64,000 nt of DNA from Octopus sinensis. Lineage: Eukaryota. A program made the position numbers and the translations under genes. The first letter of the stretch is position 1; the number at the start of each line of letters is the position of its first letter. Under the pieces are notes generated by a model. The model did not search any database. It was not told where the DNA came from and worked only from the letters and a program-made list of their open reading frames with translations. Where the stretch lies: assembly GCF_006345805.1 (NCBI RefSeq), contig NC_042997.1:76198001-76262000 (forward strand), in the 5' to 3' direction. Below, one piece after another: positions 1 through 13,500 of the stretch.

Positions 1-2700
1 TGATGCACTGCCGTTTTGCTACACTGTTATTACTAGGAGCCTCCTCTAATATGTGGCACTTGATGAAGAATGGAGTTTGATATAGCTACCCTCATTTGCA
101 CCTCTTGCCGTGATGTAGGCTCATCTGGGACTCTCGACAGGAAGAGGTCCAGCTTTGATAAAAAAAACCTACATCTACTTTGTGCAAGTTCCTCAGATTC
201 TTTGGGAGAATATTAAAAAGCTGTGGGCCCTTGAAACCCAGGCTGTTGCAGTAACTGGTCCTGAAGCGTGATGGCATTGCTGGGATCTTTGGCACCATGC
301 AGTGTCATCACGTTCTGGCATTGGTGTAGCTTTCAATGCCAAAATTTGGCACAATTCCTTCCAGGATCTTCCAGATATATATTACTGCATACTTCTCCCA
401 TCTTCTCTCCAGGGAGTAGAGTCTTTCCCAGTAGCTGAGCTGTTGCAGAGAGACAATCTTCTTTGTGAATCTTCTCTGGATTGCTTCAAGGTCTGCTGGT
501 GGGTGACCATAGCTGTGAGCAGTAATCCAGGCGGCTGAGGACGAATGTCCGCCAGAGGATCATCATGGTTTCCTTATCTCTGGTTCTGAATGTTCTTAGG
601 ATCCACCCAGCCAGTCATCTGCACTTTGTCGCCATCCTGGTAATGTGCACTTGGAAAGAGGTATCATCACTCATGTCGATACCCAGGTCCCTCAGTGACT
701 TAGGCTCTGGGATTGAAATTCCCTGTGGACAGGTGTACCCTGTAGGTTTAATATTCAGTTTTGGATGCTGGTAGTGCAGGGCCTGGAATTTTTTAGCATT
801 AAACTGCATATTATTATCCTCAGCCCATCTGTAAATTGAGTCCAAATCCTGCTGCAGGTGTGCAACATTGCTGGGGTTCTGTATTTTCTGCGAGACTTTC
901 GTATCATCTGCATAGCTTGCCAGAGTGGCTATCTGGGCATTTGAGGGCATATCTGAGAGGGCCACTATAAAAAGCAGTGGTCCCAAGACAGTGCCCTGTG
1001 GAACAACGCTCACTACTTGTGTGTTCATAGAGGTGGCTCCATTAGCCACTACTGCCTGACTCCTATTTTTCAGGAAGTCATGTAACCGCATTCCAAGTTT
1101 TCCAGCTATGCCGATGTCACGCAGTTTGTGGCATATCATACCATGATACACTTTGTCAAAAGCTTTTGCAAAATCATGGTATATTACATCCACATTTGAT
1201 TTGTTGAGTAACTACCTCAACACCCAGTCATAATGCTGTAAGAGCTATGTCAGGCAGCTCCTACCTGGTCGAAAACCATGTTGGGTATCACTCAGCAAGT
1301 TATTTTTTTCAAGGAATGCGATTAGTTTCCCTCTGACTATCCATTCCATGACTTTGCTGATGTGTGAAGTCAGAGAGATAGGCCTATAGTTTTTGGCATC
1401 TGCTCTACTTCCCACTTTATGTATTGGGCATATTATTCACTCCTTCAGCTTGCTTGGCAGTTTGCCATTTGTAAGAAAGCTCTGGAAGAGAATCTTGAGG
1501 GAGTTTTGCCAAAGCATGTTTACATGATTTGAAGAGGATTGCTGGGAAACCATCAGGACCAGCAGTTGAGTTTGTGTCCACTTCATCTATGGCTAGTAGT
1601 ACATCTTCTTCGCTAATGTCAATGTTTTCTATTGTAACTGCCTCGCTGGTTATAGGTGAGGTGGCAAAGAAGTCCACTAGTTCGTTCACGTGTCTGTGTT
1701 CCAACGGGGTGGTAAAGACACTTTTGAACTGGTCATTCAGTATCTCACTGATCTTAGTTGGACTGTCTGTGAGAGAGTCATCCTTTTGGAGGAGGGGTCC
1801 TATCTTGTAGAGCACTGAGGCTGTTTCTTTCGCGTAATGGGTTTGACTTAATGTTTTTTATAACCCAGGCGTCTTTGTCTGCTCTCTCCCTCACATAGGA
1901 TTGTTGCAGCCTTTTTTCGATCTCTATCAGCATTGTTTTTAGGTGGGACGTTTCGCTACTTTTGGGATGCTGGTTGAGTCGATTTGCAACCTTCATCCGT
2001 CATCTCATGAGGATCTTCCTATCTCTTGGAATCTTGCTCCAATTTGTTTTGGCCTTGTGCTCCAGGACATATTTCTGGCATATGGCTTGCACAGAAGACA
2101 TGAAACATTCTAGTTTCATGTCAATGTCTGGTGTGGAGAGAAATTTCGGCCAGTCCTCTCTGAGGATCTCTTTTTGGATCGATTTCCAATCTGTTTTGTG
2201 GAAGTTCAGATTGGAGAGATTTCGGGTGCTTCCTTTAGGCTGTATATCTCTGGTTACTTTCGGCCCAAGCATAGACAGCTCTATTATGTTGTGATCCAAG
2301 ACTAATGTCGGTGTCACTTTCACATCATGAATGATGCCCATATTGTTCCTGAAGCAGAGATCCAGAATGTTATTCGCCCGAGTTGGTTTGAGTACAACTT
2401 GCTCCATGAATAAGGCATTGGTGAGGTTGAGCAGGGACTCCACCTGTGCTTGTTTGCAATGAGTCATTCCTGAGAGTATGAGACCTTCGGGCCATTTGAC
2501 GTTGGGGAAGTTGAAATCACCCATAAGAAATATGGTCACGTGGTGTTCCAGATTCATGAGGATTTCTTTAATTCTTGTGAGGCAATCTTCAAACTTGCCT
2601 ATGTGGTTTGGAGCATCCGGTGGGCAACATGTATTGCATATGACTATATTATGTTGTCTTATGTATACAATTAGAGAGTCACATACCGAATTTAGCAATA
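1..2700 (-). mobile_element. Degenerate CR1-clade LINE ORF2 (APE endonuclease + reverse transcriptase), multiple stops and frameshifts
   Basis: ORF pieces give GDFNFP..W, NILDL and DHN (endonuclease; 2000-2794), GPDGFP (1417-1815), and DFAKAFDKV, PQGTVLGP, YADD, DLG (615-1193). Confidence 0.85.
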
Positions 2701-2749
2701 ATAAATATATAGCAATAATAAATATATAGCAATAATAAATATAGCCATA

Positions 2750-2791
<42 letters not shown>

Positions 2792-2965
2792 CAAATAATT
2801 AGAAAATAGAAAGAAATAGGTTCACCAGTACATTGATAGAACCATATTTAAAGCAAGACATAACAAAGCTAACAGCCATTTCTGATCAGATGCCCAGAAT
2901 GCAGTCTATACATAACTGCGAGAGTAAAATTTTTCACTTCAATAGGGCACTTGGATATGTATGTG

Positions 2966-3005
<40 letters not shown>

Positions 3006-3359
3006 GCCAGAAGATATCGTTCAGATAAGGAATCTTGTTTTTTTCAACACAGTACATCTATCACTTCTATTTCAGTGCAGATCATAATACCCTCTTAGTT
3101 CTGTAAACATAGTTTTTGTCTTCTGTCTTAGAAACACACGTAAGTTCACATGAGTACCCTTATCGCAACTTATTCATGCATCTATTTACTTTTGTCACCT
3201 TGTCAATTATTCATTTCTCTAATTTTGTCACAGATTCGCTGACTGAAAATTCTAAGAGTTTTAAATTCTATCTACTATTACTATGCTATTCCTAACACCA
3301 GCATTGCTAAATTCTATCTACTATTAATATGCCATTCCTAACACCCGTATTGCTGTTTT

Positions 3360-6300
3360 GTGGTTCACCCGCCCTCCCACACCCACCACCAGTACTAGAA
3401 GTCCCTATCCTCTCACCCCCACCATGAGTCCCATAAGTCCTTATCTTTTGACAGCATTTCGTTGTCTCCCATCAACACACCTAAAGGATTAATGCTATCC
3501 CCACCCCTATCTTAGGATCTACCTCCTATGTAAGGTTGTGATCATATAGCGCATAAAAATGATATAGAGTAGTGTATGCAGGTTGAAGGCTGTTGTTTGT
3601 TTATGAATTCTGCCAAATGTGAACTTTCTTTTCGGGTACATGATACTGCTGTCCCCCATCCCAGGGTCACACGGGCCCACACCTCCCACACCCTCAGGGT
3701 TGGCACACTGAAAGGTAGGTCTGGTGAGATTGTTGAGATGCTTGAACAGAGATGTGTAGATTTGTGCTGCATCCATGAAGTAAGGTGGAGAGGAGGTCCT
3801 GCTAGGTTCCTCACAAGCAAAGAACATAGGTAGAAGATTTTCTGGGCAGGGAACACTGACAGGGTCGGGGGGGTGGGTATACTCTTCGCAGAGAAATGGG
3901 TTCTTAAGGTGATCGAGGTAGTCAGAGTCTGCAATAGAATACTTACGATTAGATTAGTCCTACATTATGGGTTAGCAACCATTACGAGGGACATTCAATA
4001 AGTAATGCCCGTGACCTACTTGCAGTTGTTTGATCTAGCTGAAATTTTGCATGTACAATTATTTATATCTCTATAGATTAGGTGGCAGATTACAGCTCTG
4101 AACTAATTGTGGTTACTGATTTACAGGTGTTTGAACTGAGTCAAATGTGAAATGGAGCCTGTTGAGTGTCGAGCAGTGATCCGGTTTTTGTATTTGAAAG
4201 GACGCACACCACGGAAGACTTTTGATGAAATGAAAGTAACTTATGGTGATGATGCCCCATCATATGACCTTGTAAAACGCTGGCATCATGAATTCAAACA
4301 TGGTCGGAACTCTGTGGAAACAGCTCCCAGATCTGGTCGCCCCCCCCTTCTGCCATTGATGAGGCATCTGTCCATCAAGTTGAGGCTGCCATTTTGGAAG
4401 ATCGACGCATAACTATTCGCCAAATAGCCCATGAGGTCAAGATTAGTACTGGGTCTGTGGAAACTATCATTCATGACCATTTGCATATGCAAAAGATGTC
4501 TGCCAGATGGATTCCCAGGTTGCTCACACCTTTCCAGAAGCAAGAACGCGTTGAGTGCTCGAGGATGAATTTGGAGATGTGCCAAGAAGATGAGTCAAAA
4601 TTTTTCAAAAGACTGATTACATAGGATGAAACCTGAGTCCATCACTATGATCCAGAGACCAAAGCCCAGTCAATGCAGTGGAAGCACCGTGACTTACCTC
4701 CTCCAAAGAAGGCAAGGGTGCAGCCCTCCACTGGCAAGGTCATGCTCACAGTCTTCTGGGACCAGGACGGAGTAGTGATGACAGATTACCTGGCAAAGGG
4801 TACGACAATTGCAGGACCCTATTATACTTCACTTTTGAGGAAATTAATAGAAGCTATCAAAATCAAGAGGCAGAGCAAGATCAGCAAAGGCATCCTCCTC
4901 CTGCAGGACAACGCTCCGGTCCACAACTCGCGTGTCGCCAGATCAGAAGAACATGCGTGTGGCTATGAACTCCTTCCCCATCCCCCTACTCTCCTGACCT
5001 TGCACCCTCTGATTTTCACCACTTCCCAGCCATGAAGCTGTTTTTGAAAGGAAAGCGTTTCCCAGATGATGCAGCCTTGATTTCTGAAGTCACGTCGTGG
5101 TTGGAGGACCAAGCTAGGGTCTTCTACAAAAACGAACTCCAGAGCTGCATCAAATGATGGGAGAAATGCATAACTCTGGGTGGTTCCTATGTAGAAAAAG
5201 ACTAATAACTGTGCCAAGTTTCATTGCTCTACTGCTATGGGAAGTGAGTCAGGGGCATTACTTATTGAACGCCCTTCGTATCTCGCCCTATGCCCCTCAG
5301 CTGAGGGTACCTGATGGACAGAAAGACCATTTTAAGACAACCTCTTGCTGACTACCTCGTCAACGAATGACAGAGACCTTCTCTTTTTGACTGGTGATTT
5401 CAATGGACATGTTGGACAACATGTCAGGGGCTTCCATGGCATACATGGAGGCTACAGTTTTGGTTCTGGCAATGAGGAGGGAACCAGGCTGCTGGAGTTC
5501 TGCGATACAAATGATCTTATGGTTTGCGATACTAACTTCAGGAAACCTGCCAGTCACCTAGTCAGCTACTGATCTGGCAGACAAACTTGTCAGATTGACT
5601 ACATCCTCAAGAGGAAAAGGGAAGGAGGGTTACTTATAAATGCCAAAACCTTCCCAGGCAAAGAATGTACCACACAACATAGACTAGTACTTAGCGACTT
5701 CAGGATCAGGGCTAAATGGATGCCCAGAAGATGACCAGCATGGATGAGAAGGGTCTGGAGGCTTAAAGATCCTACAAATAGACAGAGATTTAGAGACGGA
5801 TTACTCGAAGCTTTTGACGAAATAGAGGGGGATATAGCATCATGTGACATGGAAGACAACTGGAGGCTTCTGCGGGACAACCTGCTGAGGGCCACTGACC
5901 AGATTTGTGGATAGTGCAAAGTCCCCTCTTGACCCAAGGTAAGGTGGTGGTGGAACAATGTTGTTCACAGGGCCATTAGGGAAAAGACACAGGCTTTGAA
6001 GGACTGGAAGAACGGTGGTAGCAGGGAATCGTATCAACTGCCGCAAGGGAAGCTAGGAGACAGGTTTATTTAGCCAGGGGGGAAGCAGATGAGAAAAAAT
6101 TTGCCAATGTTCCATGCCATAAAGACTAAAGACTTGAAGACAATGTGTGAGAGAGAATCATAATGTCATAGGAGAGAAATGTGTTCGTGTGGATGATGGT
6201 TCAGTTGCATTAAACAAGGTTGCAAAGAGAGAGGTATGGAGACGCCACTATGAAAGGTTGAAGAATAAAGAGAATGAATGGGAGAAAGAGAGCCTGCTGA

Positions 6301-8530
6301 ATGCCAACTCAATACAGGGACCAGCTATCCAAATTGACAGTGCCTTGGCAAAGCAATTAAGGGTATGAAGACAGGGAAAGCCCCCGGCCCATCAGGAATC
6401 ACCGCAGAGATGCTCAAAATATCTGGCAGTGTCGGCTATAACCTAGTCACCCATATAGTCAACCAGGTTATACATGAAGGAGTCATACCCAATGACTGGT
6501 GTAGCTGCACCATAGTCTACTGCTACAAAAGTAAAGGTGACATGCTAGATACAAATAATTACAGAGGTATCAAGCTGTTGAATCAGGTAATGAAAGTCAT
6601 GGAGAGGGTTGTACTCCAACAAATTAGGGAGAGGGTCAGTCTAGACGAGATGCATTTGGGTTTGTGTCAGGGAAAAGCACCACTGATGCTATATTTCTGG
6701 TAAGACAGCTGCAGGAGAAATACCGAGCCAAAGATAAACCTCTGTATCAGGCTTTCGTTGACATGGAGAAAGCCTTTGACAGGCTCCCCCAATCCCTTAT
6801 TTGGTGGTGAATGAGGAAACTAGGGATAGAAGAATGGTTAGTGAGAGCTGTGCAAGCCATGTACAGGGATGCTGACAGTAAGTTAAGGGTTGGCAATGAG
6901 TACAGTGAAGAATTCCAGGTAGACATAGGGGTCCACCAAGGTTCAGTCCTCAGCCCCCTCCTATTTATCATAGTCCACGAGGCAGTAACAGAGGAATTCA
7001 AGACAGGATGCCCCTGGGAGCTCCTCTATGCTGATGACCTTGCTCTAATTGCTGAGTCCCTATCAGAACTAGAGGAGAAGTTTCAGGTGTGGAAGCAAAG
7101 ATTAGAATTGAAGGGCCGTAGCTAAAATCAAAGTCTTAATAAGTAGGAAGGCAGACAAATCGCAAATCCCTTCAGGTAGATGGCCCTGCTCAATCTGTAG
7201 AAAAGGTGTAGGCAGAAACTTTATAAGATGTACCCAGTGTAAGCTATGGACACATAAGAGGTGCAGCAATATCAAAGGAAGGCTAACTGGAAAGATAGTT
7301 TTTGTATGTGGCAGATGCTCAGGAGCAATAAAGACTAGAAATGTGCAGAGAACAATTTCCGCCACATTCCAGGGAGAAAAACTAGAAGTAGTTGACAGGT
7401 TACCTAGATGACCAAAACAGTAGTGGGGGTGGATGCTCTGAAAGTGTAGCCGCTAGAATAAGAGTAACCTGGGCAAAGTTCAGAGAGCTCCTACCTCTGC
7501 TAGTGACAAAGGAGCTCTCGCTCAGGGTAAAAGATAGACTGTATGATGCATGTGTACGAACAGCCATGCTACACGGCAGTGAAACATGGGCTGTGACTGC
7601 TGAGGACATGCATAAACTTGCAAGGAATGAAGGCAGTATGCTCTGCGGGATGTGTAATACACGACAGAGTGTAAGTGCCTTGAGAGAAAAGTTGGACTTA
7701 AGAAGCATCATATGTGGTGTGCAAGAGAGACATCTGCGCTGGTATGGACATGTGGTGCGTATGGATGAGGACAGCTGTGTGAAAAATATCACACCCTAGC
7801 AGTTGAGGCAATCTTTGGAAGAGGTAGAACCAGGAAGACCTGGGATAAGATGGTGAAGCATGATCTTCGAACACTGGGCCTCAATGAGGCAATGACTAGT
7901 GACTGAGACCTTTGGATAATATGCTGTGCATGAGATGGCCCAGCAAGCCAAGTGAGACCATAACCTGTGGCCTATGCCAGTGGTGTAACCAGCCTACTTA
8001 TGCATTGCTTGCAAAAAACCTGTTGAGGCAAGTGAAATCACAATTAAAATCGCTGATGTGGCCGATAACAGTACTGCCTAATTGGCACCCATGCCAGTAG
8101 AATATTAAAAGCACTATCCAAGCATGATGTTGCCAAGGCCACTGACTGGCTCCTGTTTCGGTGGCACATAAAAAGCACCATTCGAGCATGATCGCTACCA
8201 GTGTCGCCTTACTAGCACTTGTGCCAGTGGCATGTGAAAAACAACATTCGAGCAAGGTCGTTGCCAGTGCCGCTGGACTGGTCCCTGTGCAGGTGGCACA
8301 TATAAAACACAATTTGAGCGTGGCCATCGCCAGTACCACCTGACTCGCCCTCGTGCCAGTGGCACATAAAATCACCCACTACACTCTCAGAGTTTTGGCA
8401 TTAGGAAGGGCATCCAGCTGTACAAACTCTGCCAGATCACATTGGAGCCTGGTGCAGCCATCTGGCTCGCCAGTCCTCAGTCAAACTGTCCAACCCATGC
8501 CAGCATGGAAAGCGGATGGTAGACGATGAT
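3360..8530 (+). mobile_element. Near full-length degenerate RTE-clade LINE, interrupted by a mariner
   Basis: Endonuclease (LRVGTL, GDFNGHVG), RT (HQGSVLSP, YADD), RWYGHV C-terminus, GTGCC-repeat 3'UTR and (GAT)n tail. Collinear with the copy at 17448-21300. Confidence 0.9.
3985..5278 (+). mobile_element. Full-length (1294 bp) mariner transposon with TIRs and TA target-site duplication; transposase disrupted
   Basis: TA|CGAGGGACATTCAATAAGTAATGCCC ... GGGCATTACTTATTGAACGCCCTTCG|TA. Motifs WIPRLL and QDNA, plus a frameshifted YSPDLAPSDFH-type motif. Removing the element restores the RTE sequence GCAACCATTATCTC. Confidence 0.95.
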
Positions 8531-8584
8531 AAATATATGTGTGTATCTATGTATGTATATATGTATACATGTGTGTGTGTATAA

Positions 8585-8841
8585 AATAAATAAATGCGCC
8601 CTTTTAAAGCCTAGCCAGGCTCATGGGCCCGGTTTCCTGGTTTCAATGGTGTATGTGTTCCCTAACTGGACGGGATGCCAGTCCATCGTAGCGTTACTCA
8701 TTTTTGCCAGCTGAGTGGAACTAGAACAACGTGAAATGAAGTGTTTTGCTCAAGAACACAACGCGTCACCCAGTCCAGATATCGAAACCCCAATCTTATG
8801 ATCATGATGCTGACACCCTAACCACTAAGCCACACGCCTCC
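8585..8841 (-). mobile_element. tRNA-derived SINE
   Basis: The minus strand reads GGAGGCGTGTGGCTTAGTGGTTAGG (box A), GGTTTCGATAT (box B-like), then a TGTGTTCTTGAGCAAAACACTT central domain and an AT-rich tail. Confidence 0.75.
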
Positions 8842-9059
8842 ACATGTGTATATATACAAATATAAAAGGAGCGAAAATACTGGGGAATCAGTATACACCA
8901 TGTGGCAAAATTATGAAGTGAAAATATGTGGAATACATATATAAAAAGTGGAAGAGAAATGACTTTGTTTCACATAATTTAATATCTTTTAATTAAAAAA
9001 AAAAAATTTCATATATATATATGCATATTTTATGCATGGTAAGAGTCTCATAAAATGTG

Positions 9060-9105
9060 ATATCTAACTAGTTTTCGCTATTTAAATTAGCTTTTCAAGG
9101 GACAT
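9060..9105 (-). ncRNA. Degenerate type-I hammerhead ribozyme motif (Penelope pLTR-type)
   Basis: ATGTCCC-TTGAAAA-GCTA(ATTTAAA)TAGC-GAAA-ACTAGT-TAGATAT. Stem II and a palindromic stem III are present but the core is mutated. Lies next to a Penelope RT fragment. Confidence 0.4.
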
Positions 9106-9129
9106 TGTGAAGTAATCATTTCTTGTGAC

Positions 9130-10050
9130 AAAGGAGTCTTGCCAATGAAATTAAAGATAATATTGCAGAATTCTGTAGAAAACTTCGATTGATAGAAGCA
9201 CTAACCAACTACAACAACGATGACAAATCACTAGTGAAAAACACAAGTAATTATCTACCACCGAAAGGAAGGAATAAAACACTAGACAACTTCTGCAACT
9301 GTATCCAGAATTTTCCTCACAGTCTCTATAAACCAAACTTCAACAACCTACAATGGAAGCACCTACTACAACTAAAAAAGGACAAAGACCTGACAATCAA
9401 AGATGCAGACAAAGGTAGTACTGTCGTACTAATGGACACAAAATATTATAAAAATCTAACATTGTCCATATAAGAAAATGACTCCTTTTATGAAAAAGTT
9501 GCAAATTATAGGCAGCAAAAAATATTAAAAGATCTTGTATCTTTAATACTCAAACATGGAAAAGGCTTCACAGAAAAAGAAAAAGACTTTATCACAAACT
9601 TTAAACGCAAACCAAGCCTTTTCTATGGCCTCTCTCAAATCCACAAGAGTCAAATAATTACTAATGCCTGCAAATCAAATCCAGATCTATACATTAATAT
9701 CAAAACACCAGAAGACTTAAAATTAAGGCTGATTATAGTGAGCCCAGCCTGTGAAACACACCGCCTAAGCAACTTTCTAGATATATTAAAAGTTTTATTA
9801 CAGACGATCTGGATATGTTAGAGCAACTACCAAAAGCCACCAACGAAGCACTATTAATCTCCTTCGATGTCATCAACCTCTGCACCAACATTCCACATTA
9901 CGGAATAGAGGCAATAAAATTCTGGTTAGAAAAATACACCGAAGTTCTCCCAGACCTCATAAACCAGATTTTTGTCATTGAATCTCTGAAGTTCATCCTA
10001 CAAAACAATTACTTCCTATTTGATGAACAATGCTACTGCTCCATTTAGCA
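9130..10050 (+). mobile_element. Penelope-like element RT fragment
   Basis: LTIKDADKGSTVVLMD, FYGL..IHK, LRLI, and SFDVINLCTNIP ... FILQNNYFLF are typical PLE RT motifs. Confidence 0.85.
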
Positions 10051-10129
10051 GGCACAAATTTTTATCATTGCATGAACAGCTGGTTTCATTTTGTTGTTTT
10101 TGTGTGTTGTGTGCAATTATATTTTTAAA

Positions 10130-10566
10130 ATTAGTTTTAGCTCAACTACTAATTTTAAAAATATAATTGCACACAACATGCAAAAACGACAAAATGAAAC
10201 CAGCTGTTCATGCAGGGATAAAAATTTCTGCCCACTAAATGGAGCTTGCATGTCCAAGACCATCATTTATGAAGCCACCGTAGATTCTACAACAACTAAG
10301 GACATAGTTTCATCAAAGAGATATGTGGGTCTCACAGAGGGGAATTTCAAAGTCAGGTTCAGCAATCGCACCTTGAGCTTCAGACACTGTCGACTATAAT
10401 ATCCATTGGAAGATCTTAGCCAAGTGTAAGCCTTACACCAACGGCAGTGGAGAGTACGGTCTTTGTGATATGGAAAGATGGCTCATCTGGAAAAGCAGCT
10501 TAGACCCTGCTACATGTATAAATTCAAGAACTGAACTTTTTGGATCATGTCCACACATAGCTAAAT
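10130..10566 (+). mobile_element. Penelope-like GIY-YIG endonuclease fragment; its 3' end resumes at about 15660
   Basis: CSCRDKNFCPLNGACMSKTIIYEATV..YVGLTEGNFKVRF and INSRTELFGSCPHIAKF. The reading LLTNYSK* continues after the Tx1 insertion. Confidence 0.8.
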
Positions 10567-13500
10567 TTTTTTTTTCCTTCTTTTTTTTTCCGGCTTACCT
10601 CGCATTCATGAGGGTCCTTTTACTCACAACATTCTTCCATCTTTCATCGAATACTTTCTTACTCAGGCCCCTCCTCTCTAGTTCTATTTGTCTTTTTAGG
10701 TGGAATTTTAAATATTCCACCAGACTAGAACCAAAGATGAAGTTGCCTGCTATCACCCCTTTCATCCTCGTCTTCCATACTGCCGGTTCCGCAATTGAAA
10801 CCGCAGAGAGAAAACAATTCTTAACTTCTTTCGTTAAGAAATCCGGTGGGTCAATTTTTACAATGGATTTAGTCGATAGCTGTACTCTTCCTCCACTTGA
10901 CAACAGTTGTTCGGCAAAAACCCACATGTCTGCCACCTCCGAGCACTGCACGACCGCGTGCGAGACGGTTTCCCTGTCTCGCCCACACCTCGGACAGGTC
11001 GGGCTGACTTGGCCACCGTGCCTTGTGAGTTTATCCCGAAGAGGTAAGGCTCCTCGGTAACACTGCCAAGCTAAGGACTTCTGAAAATTATCCAGGGTCC
11101 TCGGCCCAAATGTACGTTGGAACAGACTGGCCAGCTGATTATCGTCGAAACCTAGGGTTTCCCCTAACGTATCATCGCAACCGGCCTCTACAAACCCTCT
11201 ATAGAAAACAGCGGTAGAACCACTGCCGCAGGCATTGCCCGAGCGACGGAATAGTCGGAGTGCCTTGCGACACTCCGTATACCATGTATCCAACTTCGAT
11301 CTGCGTTATACCAGGCTTCCCATCCACCAAAACTGGTGAACTTGAGAAACATCTGTTTCGCCAACGGAGACCACACCCGTTCACCATCCAGATGGAGCCA
11401 CAGATGCCTTAACCTCAGCGCATTTCTGCGCATCATTAGCCACGGCATCCCTAGTCCACCCTTTAACGGTTTTTGACAACAAACAGAGCGTCTCACAAGT
11501 GGTTTCGAGCTCTTCCACAAAAAGTGAAAGAGCTGTCTTTCCAACTTGGTCAACCACGAATCCGGGCAAGGTACGACGGTAAGGCGATCACCAATGCGAT
11601 AAACACATTGGCTACCTCTGCCCTACCTTTCAGGGATAACCACTGCCAAGACCAGGTCTTGGCTACTGCAGCCACCCTGCTCGATACCTCGCTCCAGTTC
11701 TTCTCTATTTGGAGGTCTGGTCCGAACCAAACCCGAGCAACTTAATCGGACCCTCCGTCCAACGTCCCACGACGCTGTCTGAAGGCATCGACTTGCTTCT
11801 CCAGGTGCCGAGCTGCAAGCCGACTGACTTTTCGCGATTAACTTTTGCTCCTGTCACCGTCTCGTAAACCTCTATGGCCTTGCCTACTTTACGTAGGAGG
11901 TCCACTTCAGTCACAATGATAGTGATGTCATCCGCGTACGCCGAAACCGACATTCCACGACCTGGCTGCCCCGAGATGCCACTCAGTTTTCGCAGCAGTG
12001 GCTCAAGAGCCACTACATACAAAAGCGGGGAGAGTGGGCATCCTTGACGAACTGAGCATTTGACTATGAACGGCTTAGAAATAAAGCCGTTCACCCGAAC
12101 TACCAAGTCAACGTTATCGTACATTTCGATGATCCACCTGAGGAAGCCAAGACCCAGGCTGAACTGAGCCAGAACAGACACCAGGTAATGATGATCGACG
12201 CTATCAAAAGCTTTTGATTGGTCTAAATGGACCACTGCCCCTCCCTTGCCGGGATCGCTATTAATTCCCTCTATAGTGTATCTAATTAAATGGAGATTAT
12301 CCTGAATGGACCTGCCAAGTACGGCACACGTTTGTGCCTTCCCTATTAGTCCATCCTCCTATCCGGTCCGCCGCTCCCCCCAAAGAGCTGGGCGAAGTGG
12401 TCCTGAAAAGCTTCACACATCTCCTCGGGTCCGTCTATCAACTTACCTTGTTGGTTCGTCAAAGACACGCGCCAATCTGTTTGATAACACTTTGGCCAAA
12501 ATCTTCAGCTCTGCGTTAAGCAGAGTGATGGGCCTAAAATTATCAATGACATCCCCCTTGTCCAGGTCCTTCCTGATTAGTGTCACCACTCTCCGGTGCA
12601 CAGTGGTCCAGTTCACGTAGACGTTCGCCAGTAAGTCCCCGAACAAGTCCGGCATACTTTTATAAAGCTCGTAGGGTAGACCATCCAGTCCTGGCGCCTT
12701 ACCCGCGCCGCAGTCAGCCATGGCCTCTATTACTTCCCCAGGCGTGATCGGTTCCTCACTACACTTCGCGTCCTGCTCCGAGAGGCGCGGCAGCCCGTCG
12801 AGGAGGTCCTTTAGGCCCCTCCTCCTATCCGGTCCGCCGCTCCCCCCAAAGAGCTGCGCGAAGTGGTCCTGAAAAGCTTCACACATCTCCTCGGGTCCGT
12901 CTATCAACTTACCTTTTTGGTTCGTCAAAGATCGAATTGTGGCATCGTTGCCACGTAGGGCTTCCACCACTCGGGCCCATCTCGCGACATTAATTCCTTC
13001 GCTCCCCATTGCACGTTGTCTAGCCCTGACAATGCAACCTATGTGTTTGGCTTTGAGGTGCTGGTTTAAAACCAGTCTCTTGACCTTCACCTGGGCTGCC
13101 GTGCCAGTTCGCATTGCTTCCTCTAAGTCCTTAACTATTGCTGATTCCCTTCTAGCCTCTCTAGCTACTAGATCTATACTATATCTAATGGACTCATATC
13201 TGATGGCTCGCTTGAGGGCATACTACCATTTGTTGTTAATTATGGTTCCGGTCAAAGCCCTCTGAATCATTAACCTTATCCTGTCACTGTACTCCTTAAT
13301 CGTCAAAAGGGACGTATTAAGTTTCCAGTAACCAGGACCTCTATTCGTCTTATCTATGTCTAACCTACAGGTGACCATCTTGTGGTCACTGTAGCTGACC
13401 ATGTGGAGCTGTGGACTCCTAGCTAGTTTCTTATCTACTTTTCTAATTAATATCCTGTATATGTACGACTTGATAGATCCGTCGATGTTTGACCATGTCC

